This document shows, piece after piece, positions 1 through 10,218 of a stretch of 64,000 nt of DNA. The notes beneath the pieces were generated by a model that searched no databases, was not told the DNA's origin, and saw nothing but the letters and a program-made list of their open reading frames with translations. The stretch lies in contig OZ242320.1 of assembly GCA_965208125.1 (NCBI GenBank), positions 928,001 through 992,000 of the forward strand, read 5' to 3'. Source of the DNA: Candidatus Latescibacterota bacterium (GTDB taxonomy: Bacteria; Latescibacterota; UBA2968). Position 1 is the first letter of the stretch. Each line of letters starts with the position of its first letter. Position numbers and translations under genes: made by a program.

Positions 1-504
1 TTTCGGGAAATTCCAGATGCGATTACAAAAGCGGGAATTCTGGAAGCATTGCCACTGTGCGACCTGTATTTGCGGCAACTGGGAACTGAAACACCGACCA
101 TCGCTGTGGCCGGCTTGAATCCACACGGAGGAGAGCAGGGTCTGTTCGGACGAGAGGAAATCGAAGTCATCAGCCCCGCTGTAAAAGAAGCGCAAAAACG
201 CGGATGGCGAGTACAGGGACCGATACCAGCGGACTCGGTATTTCATCTGGCACTGGAAGGGCGTTACGATGGGGTATTATCGCTCTACCACGATCAGGGG
301 CATATAGCATCCAAAACACTGGATTTTCACGGAACAGTGAGCCTGACAATGGGACTGAAGTTTTTGCGCACATCAGTAGATCACGGAACGGCCTTTGACA
401 TTGCCGGACAGGGAATAGCGTCAGAACGGGGCATGGTAGAAGCAATTCGCGCGGCCGGACAATACGCGGTGCCGGTACGCGAGCGACTGGAAATGAGTGT
501 ATAA
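1..504 (+). CDS. pdxA: 4-hydroxythreonine-4-phosphate dehydrogenase (PdxA family), 5' partial
   Basis: Frame is open from base 1; motifs [16 protein letters not shown] and [14 protein letters not shown] are present. Could be the PdxA2 subgroup. Confidence 0.9.
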   Translation, partial: FREIPDAITKAGILEALPLCDLYLRQLGTETPTIAVAGLNPHGGEQGLFGREEIEVISPAVKEAQKRGWRVQGPIPADSVFHLALEGRYDGVLSLYHDQGHIASKTLDFHGTVSLTMGLKFLRTSVDHGTAFDIAGQGIASERGMVEAIRAAGQYAVPVRERLEMSV

Positions 505-964
505 GATGCCGTCAAACTACACCATTGCAAAAGAACTGAAGCGAGTGGCGGATTACCGTGAAATATGCGGTGAGGATCCAGCAGATTATCTCAATGCCGC
601 CTGGATGGTCCAGTCGTTTTCACGCGGCAGGCTGGACGAGTTATACCCGGTTGAAGGCAGGGAGCTACTGGAACGCACAAACGAGTTTAGCGACGAGGTG
701 ATAGACACAATCGTCGAAATCATTGAAGGCAAAGAGATCCACGCGTTGCAAGAGCGGCAGGGCGTTCCTTTGACCGTGCTGGAATTGATCGAGATTCGGG
801 GGATCGGTGGCAAAATGGCCAGGCACCTTTTTAGCGAACTGGGCGTGGTTGATTTGCAGGGCTTGCGGGCTGTTGTCGTGAACGGACAAATCAGCCAGAT
901 AAAGGGCTTCAGGACAAAGACCATAGAAAAAATCACCGCTTTTCTGGACGAAAAAGGGGTGTAG
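497..964 (+). CDS. Stand-alone helix-hairpin-helix protein similar to the PolX N-terminal 8-kDa/fingers region
   Basis: [16 protein letters not shown]...[17 protein letters not shown] and IKGFRTKT align by eye with the first ~145 aa of the full PolX at 52989-54698. Alternative start is ATG 506. Confidence 0.75.
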   Translation: MYKMPSNYTIAKELKRVADYREICGEDPADYLNAAWMVQSFSRGRLDELYPVEGRELLERTNEFSDEVIDTIVEIIEGKEIHALQERQGVPLTVLELIEIRGIGGKMARHLFSELGVVDLQGLRAVVVNGQISQIKGFRTKTIEKITAFLDEKGV

Positions 965-1049
965 ATTTATTTGTCTGGGGATATATACTTTATTATATAT
1001 AATAAGTCACACATCTTAAAATCCCACCTCTCCCTACGAGGACTGCGCT

Positions 1050-3356
1050 ATGGCGATCAAAAAAGAAGACTATTTGGGAATTGAAAATTACAAAGTAGTA
1101 GGCACGCGACCGATAAGGCACGATGGAACCGATAAAGTAACGGGCCGCGCGGTGTATGGACCAGACTTTCATCTGACCGGATCGCTATACGGCAAAACAC
1201 TGCGAAGTCCTCATGGCCACGCGCGGATCAAATCCATCGACACCAGCAAAGCCGAAGCACTCCCCGGAGTAAAAGCCATCGTACTCGGCAAAGACCTCGT
1301 TCAAAATTACGAAGACAAAGTCTCCGACCTCGGTGAGGGATCGGTCGATCTGCGATTCTTAATTGCCAATGTACTCGCCGGAGACAAAGTCCTCTACGAC
1401 GGACACGCCATCGCAGCCGTAGCAGCCACCTCTGCACACATCGCAGAAGAGGCATTAAACCTGATCGACGTAGAATACGAAATACTCGAACCCGTACTCG
1501 AAGTCCGCCGCGCAATGGAAGACGATGCACCGTTATTGCACGACGACTTAAAAATGAAATCCCTCGGCGAAGAAACGGACCAGGCGAGCAACATCGCAAA
1601 TCACTTCCAGCACAAACAGGGAGATATAGAAAAGGGATTTGAAGAAGCGGACATAGTCATAGAGCGGGAATTTGCGACCGGAACAGTACATCAGGGATAC
1701 ATCGAACCGCACAACGTAACCGCGCACTGGAGCGAAAACGGAAAGCTCACAATATGGTGCAGTACACAGGGACCATTTGAAGTGCGCGGCCAGGTCGCCG
1801 ATGTACTCGGCCTCGAAGTGGGCGACATACGCGTCATCCCGCAGGAAATTGGGGGCGGATTTGGCGGAAAATTCCGCGTCTATGAAGAACCGACCGCAGC
1901 CCTATTGGCGCAAAAAACCGGAAAACCCGTCAAAATGGTCATGTCCCGCACAGAAGTATTAAAAGCCACCGGACCAACGCCCGCATCCTACATCAAAGTC
2001 AAAATGGGCGCAACGCGGGACGGCATGCTAACCGCGGCACAAGCCTACATGGCCTATGAAGCCGGAGCCTATCCCGGCTCTGCCGTAGGCGCTGGTGCGG
2101 GATGTATCTTCTCGCCCTACAGCATCCCAAACTCCCTCATCGACGGCTACGACGTCGTCGTAAACAAACCCCAATCGTCCGCCTACCGCGCGCCCGGCGC
2201 GACCAATGCGGCATTTGCATCTGAAACAGTAATAGACGAAATATGTGAGCAGATCGGAATAGACCCGCTCGAATTTCGACTGAAAAACGCGTCCAAAGAA
2301 GGCACGCGACGGGCAGACGGACCGGTCTTCTTGCGCATCGGTCAAGAAGAAGTCGTCAAAGCTGCCATGGCGCATCCGCACTACAGCGCGCCCCTTGAAG
2401 GACCGAATCGGGGACGCGGCGTCGCCGCCGGATTCTGGTTCAACGGCGGAGGCACATCAACAGTGGTCGCCAGCGTAAACCCGGACGGCACAGTAGCACT
2501 CGTCGAAGGCTCGCCCGATATTGGAGGGACGCGCACCTCAGTAGCCATACAATTCGCCGAAGTTCTGAATCTACCCATCGAAGACATCAAACCAAATGTC
2601 GCAGACACCGACGCAATCGGACAAACCGATGGAACGGGTGGAAGCCGCGTAACATTCGCAACCGGCTGGGCGAGCTATGAAGCCGCTCAAGATGTCAAGC
2701 GCCAGATGATAGAACGGGCGGCGACATTATGGGAAATATCAAAAGACGACATAGTCTTTGAAGACGGAACCTTCCGCTCCAAATCGGACGCATCCAAATC
2801 GATGACATTCAAAGAACTCGCCGGCAAAGTCAATCGCGCAGGCGGTCCGGTCGTAGGACGCGCTGCCATAAGTGGCAAGCAAGCCGGCCCGGCATTCGCG
2901 CTATTAATCGTAGATGTCGAAGTAGATCCAGACACGGGCAAAGTGGATATCTTGCGGGCGACCATTGTACAGGACGCGGGCAAAGCCATTTATCCCGGCT
3001 ATGTAGAAGGGCAGATGCAGGGCGGCGTGGTACAGGGAATCGGATGGGCATTGAACGAGGAATTTGTGTACAACGACCAGGGCGTAATGGTCAACGCCTC
3101 CTTCCTGGATTATCGGATGCCCACAACACTCGACATGCCGATGATAGAAACCGTCATCGTAGAAGTGCCCAACCCGGGTCATCCATACGGGGTACGCGGT
3201 GTGGGCGAAGTGCCAATTGTCCCGCCGCCAGCCGCAGTTGCCAATGCGATCTATCGCGCTGTTGGCATACGGCTAAATGAGTTGCCCATGTCCCCATCGC
3301 GAGTCCTGAAAGCACTCTGGGAATCAGATGGTAGCCATGGTCAGGCAGCGGATTGA
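1050..3356 (+). CDS. Xanthine dehydrogenase/CoxL-family molybdopterin-binding large subunit
   Basis: Motifs KVTGRAVY, HQGYIEPH, IGGGFGGK, AYRAPG, EGQMQGG and RGVGE (catalytic Glu). Lacks the CoxL form I loop AYxCSFR. Confidence 0.92.
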   Translation: MAIKKEDYLGIENYKVVGTRPIRHDGTDKVTGRAVYGPDFHLTGSLYGKTLRSPHGHARIKSIDTSKAEALPGVKAIVLGKDLVQNYEDKVSDLGEGSVDLRFLIANVLAGDKVLYDGHAIAAVAATSAHIAEEALNLIDVEYEILEPVLEVRRAMEDDAPLLHDDLKMKSLGEETDQASNIANHFQHKQGDIEKGFEEADIVIEREFATGTVHQGYIEPHNVTAHWSENGKLTIWCSTQGPFEVRGQVADVLGLEVGDIRVIPQEIGGGFGGKFRVYEEPTAALLAQKTGKPVKMVMSRTEVLKATGPTPASYIKVKMGATRDGMLTAAQAYMAYEAGAYPGSAVGAGAGCIFSPYSIPNSLIDGYDVVVNKPQSSAYRAPGATNAAFASETVIDEICEQIGIDPLEFRLKNASKEGTRRADGPVFLRIGQEEVVKAAMAHPHYSAPLEGPNRGRGVAAGFWFNGGGTSTVVASVNPDGTVALVEGSPDIGGTRTSVAIQFAEVLNLPIEDIKPNVADTDAIGQTDGTGGSRVTFATGWASYEAAQDVKRQMIERAATLWEISKDDIVFEDGTFRSKSDASKSMTFKELAGKVNRAGGPVVGRAAISGKQAGPAFALLIVDVEVDPDTGKVDILRATIVQDAGKAIYPGYVEGQMQGGVVQGIGWALNEEFVYNDQGVMVNASFLDYRMPTTLDMPMIETVIVEVPNPGHPYGVRGVGEVPIVPPPAAVANAIYRAVGIRLNELPMSPSRVLKALWESDGSHGQAAD

Positions 3357-3373
3357 TCAGATAGGAAAACACA

Positions 3374-3748
3374 ATGGACTGGTTCTCCCAATACGGATTT
3401 CTCGGTGCTCTGCTTCTCTCGGGCATCGTTCTCGGTGCAATCCCCGTCGTACTGCCCTTAATCATATCCCCTCGTGCGCGCGGTCGCAAAAGCCGCGAGA
3501 CCTACGAATGCGGCATGGACACAATCGGCAGTGCCTGGGTGCGCTTCGACATCGCTTATTATCTATTTGCACTCATCTTTGTCGCGTTTGAAGTCGATGT
3601 ACTGTATATTCTTCCCATCGCCGTAATCTACGATTCAGGCACCTACGTCTGGCGCGACTTCATCGAACTCACAATCTTCGTCGGCATTCTTTTTCTCGCC
3701 ATCGTGTACGCCTGGAGCAAAGGCGTTTTGCACTGGAGAAGTCGATAA
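3374..3748 (+). CDS. nuoA: NADH-quinone oxidoreductase subunit A
   Basis: YECG motif, FVAFEVD, three hydrophobic segments. Confidence 0.95.
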   Translation: MDWFSQYGFLGALLLSGIVLGAIPVVLPLIISPRARGRKSRETYECGMDTIGSAWVRFDIAYYLFALIFVAFEVDVLYILPIAVIYDSGTYVWRDFIELTIFVGILFLAIVYAWSKGVLHWRSR

Positions 3749-4281
3749 TGGAACAAATAGAACTCCCTCTCGTGAAAAGCGATCCCAAAGACATTGAAGA
3801 ACTGCGCGAAGAGGTCGGCCCACTGGTACACATGGACCTGCTGGAAAACCTGCTCAATCACGCCCGGTCCCGATCCCTGTGGCCCCTCACATTCGGCCTG
3901 GCCTGTTGCGCCATCGAAATGATGGCCGCAGGCGCAGCGCGCTTTGACCTCGACCGCATTGGCGCAGGCGTATTTCGTCCCAGTGCGCGACAAGCCGATG
4001 TCATGATCCTCGCAGGCACAATCTCCCGCAAAATGGCACCAGCCATCAAAACGCTCTGGGATCAGATGCCCTCGCCCAAGTGGGCCATAGCCATGGGCGG
4101 TTGCACCATTGACGGCGGTCCCTTTAAATATCCCGGGCAATATGCCATTGTCGAAGGCGCTGACAAAATTGTACCAGTTGATGTGTACGTACCGGGTTGC
4201 CCTCCGCGCCCCGAAGCCCTCTTTGCGGCACTGTTCAAACTCGAAGAAAAAATCAGAGCCGGAAAGAAATTCAAGAAATGA
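3748..4281 (+). CDS. nuoB: NADH-quinone oxidoreductase subunit B
   Basis: [27 protein letters not shown]. Confidence 0.97.
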   Translation: MEQIELPLVKSDPKDIEELREEVGPLVHMDLLENLLNHARSRSLWPLTFGLACCAIEMMAAGAARFDLDRIGAGVFRPSARQADVMILAGTISRKMAPAIKTLWDQMPSPKWAIAMGGCTIDGGPFKYPGQYAIVEGADKIVPVDVYVPGCPPRPEALFAALFKLEEKIRAGKKFKK

Positions 4282-4739
4282 TCGCCGACAAACTCTCTAC
4301 GCTCGTGCTCAACGCGACCGAGGTCGAATACAATGCGCGTGGCTTTCAGGTACAATACACCGCTTCAGCCGACACGCTCCCTCAGATCGCAGATACCTTC
4401 CTATCCGAAAATTTTCACCTCGAAATGATAACCTGTCAGGATCGACGTGAAGACGACAAAACTTTTCGCCTGATCTATCAGTTTAACCAATACGGCGCTC
4501 CCCAACGGCATATCATCCACACCGACATAGTACCCGATGCAACAGCACCCAGTATTGCCACAATTTTTCCCGCTGCCGACTGGTACGAACGCGAAATTTT
4601 CGACATGTATGGCGTCACCTTTGACGGCCACCCCGATTTGAAACGCATCTTAATGGAAGAAGACTATTTTGGTCATCCCCTGCTCAAAGACTTCGTCGAT
4701 CCCCCCAATCCCTATCGCAGCGAGGACGATGCGTCATGA
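4278..4739 (+). CDS. nuoC: NADH-quinone oxidoreductase subunit C
   Basis: [24 protein letters not shown] and GHPLLKDF; ATG 4278 overlaps the nuoB stop (ATGA). Confidence 0.95.
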   Translation: MIADKLSTLVLNATEVEYNARGFQVQYTASADTLPQIADTFLSENFHLEMITCQDRREDDKTFRLIYQFNQYGAPQRHIIHTDIVPDATAPSIATIFPAADWYEREIFDMYGVTFDGHPDLKRILMEEDYFGHPLLKDFVDPPNPYRSEDDAS

Positions 4740-5863
4740 ATCGATTTGAGGTCGAACAAGATCCTAAAAGTCGAGATACCTATTATCTCAACATGGGGCC
4801 TCAGCATCCCTCTACACACGGCGTCATGCGGATCAAATTACACCTGGATGGCGAACGCATAATTTCGGCAGAACCCATCATCGGATATGGGCATCGCGCA
4901 CACGAAAAAATGGCCGAAAACCGCGACTACATCCAGTTTTTGCCCAACCCGAGCCGCGTGGATTATCTCGGCGGGATGATCTACAACGTGGGCTACTGCC
5001 AGGCCGTAGAGCGCGCAATGGACATCGAAGTGCCAGAACGCGCCGAATACATCCGCATCATCTGCAATGAACTCAACCGCATCTCCAGCCACCTGCTCTG
5101 GTTGGGCACCTTTTTGATGGATCTGGGCGCATTTACCCCATTTCTTTACGCCTTTGACGACCGCGAAAAAATCCTCGACATCCTCGACCGCATCACAGGA
5201 TCGCGCCTCACCTATTGTTACGCGCGATTTGGCGGCGTCATTCTCGACATCGACGATGTATTCCTCGACAACGTCTCCAACTTTTGCACCTACTTTGTCG
5301 AACGCTTAAAAGAATACGAAAAACTCGTCATCGGCAACGTCATCTTCCGCGAACGCACCATCGGCGTCGGTATCTTCGCCCCCGACCTCGTTCAAAAATA
5401 CGCCATAACAGGTCCCTGTCTGCGCGCCATGGGCCATGAACACGATGTTCGCAAAGACGAACCCTATGGCATCTACGACCGCTTTGACTTTGACGTACCC
5501 ACGCAAACAGAAGGCGACTGTTTTGCCCGCACACTCGTCCGCATGGAAGAAATGCGCCAGAGCATTCGCATCATCGAACAAGCTGTAAGCGACCTGCCCG
5601 ACGGTCTCTTTCTCGCAGCCCGGGTGCCCAGACGCATCCGCCCGCCCGAAGGCGATTACTACTTCTGTGTCGAATCACCTCGAGGCAACTTCGGCATGTA
5701 CATCGCAAGCGATGGCAGCGACATCCCCTTTCGCCTCAAATTGCGAACCCCATCGTTTTCACACATCTCGACCATGCCCGCCGTCATGACCGGCACCATG
5801 CTCGCCGATGCTGTAGCTATTCTGGGCAGCATCGACATTGTCGTTCCCGAAATAGACAGATAA
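4736..5863 (+). CDS. nuoD: NADH-quinone oxidoreductase subunit D
   Basis: LNMGPQHPSTHGVMR, GYGHR..EK, ESPRG, C-terminal EIDR; no NiFe CxxC motifs. Confidence 0.97.
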   Translation: MNRFEVEQDPKSRDTYYLNMGPQHPSTHGVMRIKLHLDGERIISAEPIIGYGHRAHEKMAENRDYIQFLPNPSRVDYLGGMIYNVGYCQAVERAMDIEVPERAEYIRIICNELNRISSHLLWLGTFLMDLGAFTPFLYAFDDREKILDILDRITGSRLTYCYARFGGVILDIDDVFLDNVSNFCTYFVERLKEYEKLVIGNVIFRERTIGVGIFAPDLVQKYAITGPCLRAMGHEHDVRKDEPYGIYDRFDFDVPTQTEGDCFARTLVRMEEMRQSIRIIEQAVSDLPDGLFLAARVPRRIRPPEGDYYFCVESPRGNFGMYIASDGSDIPFRLKLRTPSFSHISTMPAVMTGTMLADAVAILGSIDIVVPEIDR

Positions 5864-5870
5864 CGCACTT

Positions 5871-6845
5871 ATGAAAACAGACGTCATCCAACTCTTTGAA
5901 AACCCCTATCTCGCACTCGGTGTAACCATTGCCGTCATCATGGCCTATTTGAGCGTCAACGCCATCATGTTGATCTGGCTCGAACGCAAACTCAGCGCGC
6001 GCATACAGCGCCGCATTGGCCCGCAACGCGGACCCTTTGGCCTGATGCAGCAAATTTTTGACATGGGCAAATTGCTCAGCAAAGAACTCCTCACCCCCGA
6101 ACACGCCAACAAACTGCTCTATGTCATCGCGCCCATCCTGGTCTTTGCACCCGTGGTCGCCCTCTCGTCTCTCTTTCCCATTACGAGCACCTACATATTC
6201 CACGACTTCAACATCGCCATTGTCCTGATCCTCGCCATCAGCGGCATCAACGTAATCGGCATATTCTTAGCGGGCTGGGGATCCAATAACAAATACGCCC
6301 TGCTCGGCGCAGTGCGCTCAGTCGCGCAAAATATCTCCTACGAAATCCCCCTCATCCTATCGGTCATCCCCGTAGTCATGATAACCCGCACCATGTCGCT
6401 CTACGACATCACCCTCGCACAGGAAACCTATCCCTTTATACTGGTACAACCCATTGCCCTGATCATCTTTATCATATCAGCCACAGCCGAAACCAACCGC
6501 GCCCCCTTTGACATCCCCGAAGCAGAATCCGAACTCGTCGCCGGATTCCACACCGAATATTCCGGCATGCGCTTCGGACTGTTCTTCTTTGCCGAATACT
6601 CCAACATGATCTTTGCATGCGCATTGGCAACCGTGCTCTTCCTGGGGGGATGGCGCGGACCTCTCTTGCCAGACGCCGTATGGTTCTTCATCAAAGTCTA
6701 TGCACTCATCGTCCTCATGATGTGGTTCCGCTGGACTTTTCCGCGGCTCCGTTTTGACCAACTCATGAAATTCGCCTGGGTGGTACTCGTCCCCCTCTCG
6801 CTGATCAACCTGCTAATCACAACACTGGTCTTGAAAATCGTGTAA
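5871..6845 (+). CDS. nuoH: NADH-quinone oxidoreductase subunit H
   Basis: ERKLSARIQRRIGP and AETNRAPFDIPEAESELVAGFHTEYSG. Confidence 0.97.
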   Translation: MKTDVIQLFENPYLALGVTIAVIMAYLSVNAIMLIWLERKLSARIQRRIGPQRGPFGLMQQIFDMGKLLSKELLTPEHANKLLYVIAPILVFAPVVALSSLFPITSTYIFHDFNIAIVLILAISGINVIGIFLAGWGSNNKYALLGAVRSVAQNISYEIPLILSVIPVVMITRTMSLYDITLAQETYPFILVQPIALIIFIISATAETNRAPFDIPEAESELVAGFHTEYSGMRFGLFFFAEYSNMIFACALATVLFLGGWRGPLLPDAVWFFIKVYALIVLMMWFRWTFPRLRFDQLMKFAWVVLVPLSLINLLITTLVLKIV

Positions 6846-6929
6846 AAGCTTTCAGCAGTCAGCGGTCAGCAAAACAAGCGGTTAGCTGATCGCTACTTCA
6901 TCAGTAGTTACCTTCAGAAGGAAATACAC

Positions 6930-7469
6930 ATGGGACTTATTAAGGAAGTCATCGACGGCACCAAAACGCTCCTGACCGGCATGAAAGTCACACTGGACAA
7001 CTTTCGCAAACCGCCCGTCACCTCCCAATACCCCATGGAAAAAATCGAGATGACGGAAGCGTTCCGCAATGTCATTGTCCTCATCGAAAAAGAAGACATC
7101 GGCTCGCACGACTGCATCGACTGCAAACTCTGTGAGCGCGTGTGTCCCTCCTTCTGCATTTACCTCGACGGGGAACGCCCTGAAGGGTTAAGGCGCAAAC
7201 GCTCGACCAAATTCGAAGTCGATTTCGCCCTGTGCAGCGACTGCGGACTGTGCTTAGACGTATGCCCCACAGACACCCTGGGATACAGCAAAGTCCACGA
7301 CGAAGCCGGATACAACCGCAGCGACTTTCTCTACGACTTACTCGAACCCTGGGCAGACAAAGAAGAAGCCGCGCGCGAACGCCTGAAAGAAATCGAAGCC
7401 GAACAAGCAGCAGAACGCGCAAGAAAAGCCGCAGCAAGAAAAGCTAAAAAGGTAAGAAGGAAGAAGTGA
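6930..7469 (+). CDS. nuoI: NADH-quinone oxidoreductase subunit I
   Basis: Two CxxCxxCxxxCP motifs; basic Ala/Lys/Arg-rich C-terminal tail. Confidence 0.93.
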   Translation: MGLIKEVIDGTKTLLTGMKVTLDNFRKPPVTSQYPMEKIEMTEAFRNVIVLIEKEDIGSHDCIDCKLCERVCPSFCIYLDGERPEGLRRKRSTKFEVDFALCSDCGLCLDVCPTDTLGYSKVHDEAGYNRSDFLYDLLEPWADKEEAARERLKEIEAEQAAERARKAAARKAKKVRRKK

Positions 7470-7508
7470 AATCCACGAAGGGCACGAAGGGACACGAAGG
7501 GATAGAAT

Positions 7509-7534
7509 GTAGGGGCGATCCCTTGTGGTCGCCC
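7509..7534 (+). repeat. GTAG-type REP palindrome
   Basis: gtaggggcgatcccttgtggtcgccc. Related copies at 29164-29189 (minus), 33157-33176 and about 34815-34851. Confidence 0.65.
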
Positions 7535-7577
7535 TTGTTTAAGATACAAGAAGTGTGAAGTAATTCGGAGAACAACA

Positions 7578-8090
7578 ATGCTCGAACAGACTGCCATCTA
7601 CACATTTGTAGCCCTCGTCCTCATCGGTGGGGGCCTCGCGGCATTCTCTCGCCAGATACTCTATGCCATCATCGGCCTGGGCATCAGTCTCTTAGGGCTG
7701 GCGGGACTATTTCTCAACCTCGGCAGTCCATTTGTCGCGGCAATGCAAGTACTCATCTACATCGGCGGCATAACCGTCGCCATTGTATTTGCCATGATGC
7801 TCTCGATAGCCATGTCCATTCGCCCGCCCGATCCCGACAACCGAAAACTCGGCTTCGCCATTGCCTGTGCCGTCATATTTTTTGGCGCAGTCGCCCATCT
7901 AATCCGCGGCGCGCAATTCCAACAAATCGCGCCCCAGACATCTGAAAAAGCCTGGTCTGTGGGTGCATTGGGCCATGCACTGCTCACGCATTACAACGTC
8001 GTCTTTGAAGCCCTCTCCCTCGTTTTGCTCCTGGCCATCATCGGTGCCATCTTGATAGCTCGCAAGGCTTTGCCAAAGGAAAATTCGTGA
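7578..8090 (+). CDS. nuoJ: NADH-quinone oxidoreductase subunit J
   Basis: QVLIYIGGI.V and FEALSLVLLLAIIGAI. Confidence 0.93.
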   Translation: MLEQTAIYTFVALVLIGGGLAAFSRQILYAIIGLGISLLGLAGLFLNLGSPFVAAMQVLIYIGGITVAIVFAMMLSIAMSIRPPDPDNRKLGFAIACAVIFFGAVAHLIRGAQFQQIAPQTSEKAWSVGALGHALLTHYNVVFEALSLVLLLAIIGAILIARKALPKENS

Positions 8091-8392
8091 CCCTCGAATC
8101 CTATCTTCTGGTGGGCGCAGCCCTGTTTTCACTTGGTTTGATCGGCGCATTATCCCATCGCAACCTCATAGCCCTGCTCATCGGCATCGAACTCATGATG
8201 AACGCCGCCAGCCTAAACCTCATGGCCTTTAACCGGTTTGTCGTCACCGATCCAACGACCGGCCAGGTCTTCGTCCTCATCATCATTGGGCTGGCAGCCG
8301 CCGAAGTCGCCATCTTTTTATCGATCATCCTGCGCATCTATCGGGCGTATCACGAGATAGATGCGGAAAAACTCACCAAACTGAGCGGTTGA
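8087..8392 (+). CDS. nuoK: NADH-quinone oxidoreductase subunit K
   Basis: IELMMNAA and GQVF...AAAEVA. Confidence 0.95.
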   Translation: MTLESYLLVGAALFSLGLIGALSHRNLIALLIGIELMMNAASLNLMAFNRFVVTDPTTGQVFVLIIIGLAAAEVAIFLSIILRIYRAYHEIDAEKLTKLSG

Positions 8393-10215
8393 TGGACACT
8401 CTCTCACTCATACTCTTAACCACAATCTCCCCTCTGGCGTGTTTTATCATTGCCATCATCTTTCTCGTACAACAACCCCGAATAGCTCAGGGATTGGTCC
8501 TATGCGGCAGCGCCGTATCCCTCTTGAGTGCCATTGGCCTTCTCGTACAGGGACCCGTTGAACCCCTGCGATTTTTGTGGTTTCAAAGCGGTGCAATACA
8601 ACTCCAATTCGGCTTCATCCTCGATGGTCCAAGCCTCATGTTTGGCGTCGTCGTCGCCTTCATCACCGCCTGCATCATGCTCTATTCAGTAGGCTACATG
8701 GCGCATGACCCGGGCAAAACGCGCTATTTCGCAATGCTCAGCTTCTTTGCCTGGTCCATGCTCAGCTTTGTCTATGCTGTCGATCTCTTGCAATCTTTCA
8801 TCTTTTGGGAACTCGTTGGCCTGTCTTCGTTCTTCCTCATCGGTTTCTGGTTTGAAAAACCCGAAGCGGCTGGCGCAGCGCGCAAAGCCTTTCTCATGAC
8901 CCGCGTGGGCGACGTTGGCCTCTTCATCGGCATTCTGCTCATCCTCCAACTCGTTTCAAACTTCGATATCCCCACACTCTTAGACCCTCAAACTGGCCTC
9001 TCAACACAGATATCGCCCAACCTGCTCAACGCAATCACACTACTCATCTTCATCGGCATCATGGGCAAAAGCGCGCAATTCCCATTGCACACCTGGCTGC
9101 CCGACGCCATGGAAGGCCCCACACCGGTCAGCGCCCTATTGCACTCTGCCACCATGGTCGCCGCGGGCGTCTTTCTCATGATCCGCCTACATCCGCTCTT
9201 TATGGCGGCACAAGACACAGCACTCATCGTCCTGAGCATCGCCACCTTCACCGCAATTCTCGCATCAACCATTGCAATGGTCGATACCGACATCAAAAAA
9301 GTACTCGCCTACTCGTCCATCAGCCAGCTCGGCTTCATGCTCATGGCACTCGCTGCTGGCAGCCTCTTCGCAGGTGTATTTCACCTGATCACCCACGCCT
9401 TTTTCAAAGCCCTGCTCTTCCTCTGCTCGGGCATTTACATTCACGCCTATCACACCAATAGCATGGCCGAAATTGGCCGCAGTGGAGGCCGCCGCCTCAA
9501 AGCTACAACCCTTGGCCTCCTCATCGGTGGTGCTGCCCTATCGGGCGTTCCCCCACTGGCGGGATTCTGGAGCAAAGAAGAAATTTTTGCCCAACTCGGT
9601 CACAATGGCTTTAACATCTACATGGCCGGTGCATTTCTCGCGGCATTTCTCACGGCCTATTACACATTCCGCATGATTTTCCTCATCACAAAACCCGATC
9701 ACGCACCAGCCACCGACCACAGCCATCCCGAACCTATGAACATGAGAGCACCCGTCTTGCTCCTCGCCCTGGGCGCAATAGTACTCGGCTTTTTCGGCTC
9801 CAACATCGCTCAGGGCCTGGGCCTCATGCCACAACACCACAGCGTCCTGTTGATGATCCCCACCGTAGGCGTCGTCATCCTCGGCATTCTGATCGCCTAT
9901 CTCGACTATGGACGCGACAATGCGCCGCGCACGGGATTCATCAGCAAAATCGCGCCACTCAATACCCTGTTCACAAACAAATGGTACATCGACGAAGTCT
10001 ATCGCGTCACCATCGTCGCCATCACACACGCACTATCTCGCATCTTGCACTGGATAGAAAACCACGTCCTCGACGGAAACTACGACCGCTTTGGCCTCGG
10101 CATCTTGCGCACAGGCGCGAAATCAACCCGCGTACAGGGCGGCTGGATGCAACTCTATCTGGGCTGGGCGATCATCTTATTGGCCGTAGTCGCGCTTTAT
10201 CTGGGATTGCAATAA
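8392..10215 (+). CDS. nuoL: NADH-quinone oxidoreductase subunit L
   Basis: WELVG, GKSAQFPLHTWLPDAMEGPTPVSALLHSATMV, HAFFKALLFL. Confidence 0.96.
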   Translation: MDTLSLILLTTISPLACFIIAIIFLVQQPRIAQGLVLCGSAVSLLSAIGLLVQGPVEPLRFLWFQSGAIQLQFGFILDGPSLMFGVVVAFITACIMLYSVGYMAHDPGKTRYFAMLSFFAWSMLSFVYAVDLLQSFIFWELVGLSSFFLIGFWFEKPEAAGAARKAFLMTRVGDVGLFIGILLILQLVSNFDIPTLLDPQTGLSTQISPNLLNAITLLIFIGIMGKSAQFPLHTWLPDAMEGPTPVSALLHSATMVAAGVFLMIRLHPLFMAAQDTALIVLSIATFTAILASTIAMVDTDIKKVLAYSSISQLGFMLMALAAGSLFAGVFHLITHAFFKALLFLCSGIYIHAYHTNSMAEIGRSGGRRLKATTLGLLIGGAALSGVPPLAGFWSKEEIFAQLGHNGFNIYMAGAFLAAFLTAYYTFRMIFLITKPDHAPATDHSHPEPMNMRAPVLLLALGAIVLGFFGSNIAQGLGLMPQHHSVLLMIPTVGVVILGILIAYLDYGRDNAPRTGFISKIAPLNTLFTNKWYIDEVYRVTIVAITHALSRILHWIENHVLDGNYDRFGLGILRTGAKSTRVQGGWMQLYLGWAIILLAVVALYLGLQ

Positions 10216-10218
10216 AAA

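Noticed and set aside
1050-3356. Aerobic CO dehydrogenase CoxL
   Set aside because: The active-site loop is AYRAPG, not AYxCSFR or AYxGAGR.
3748-5863. Group 4 NiFe hydrogenase
   Set aside because: The large subunit lacks the Ni-binding CxxC motifs and has NuoD quinone-site residues.
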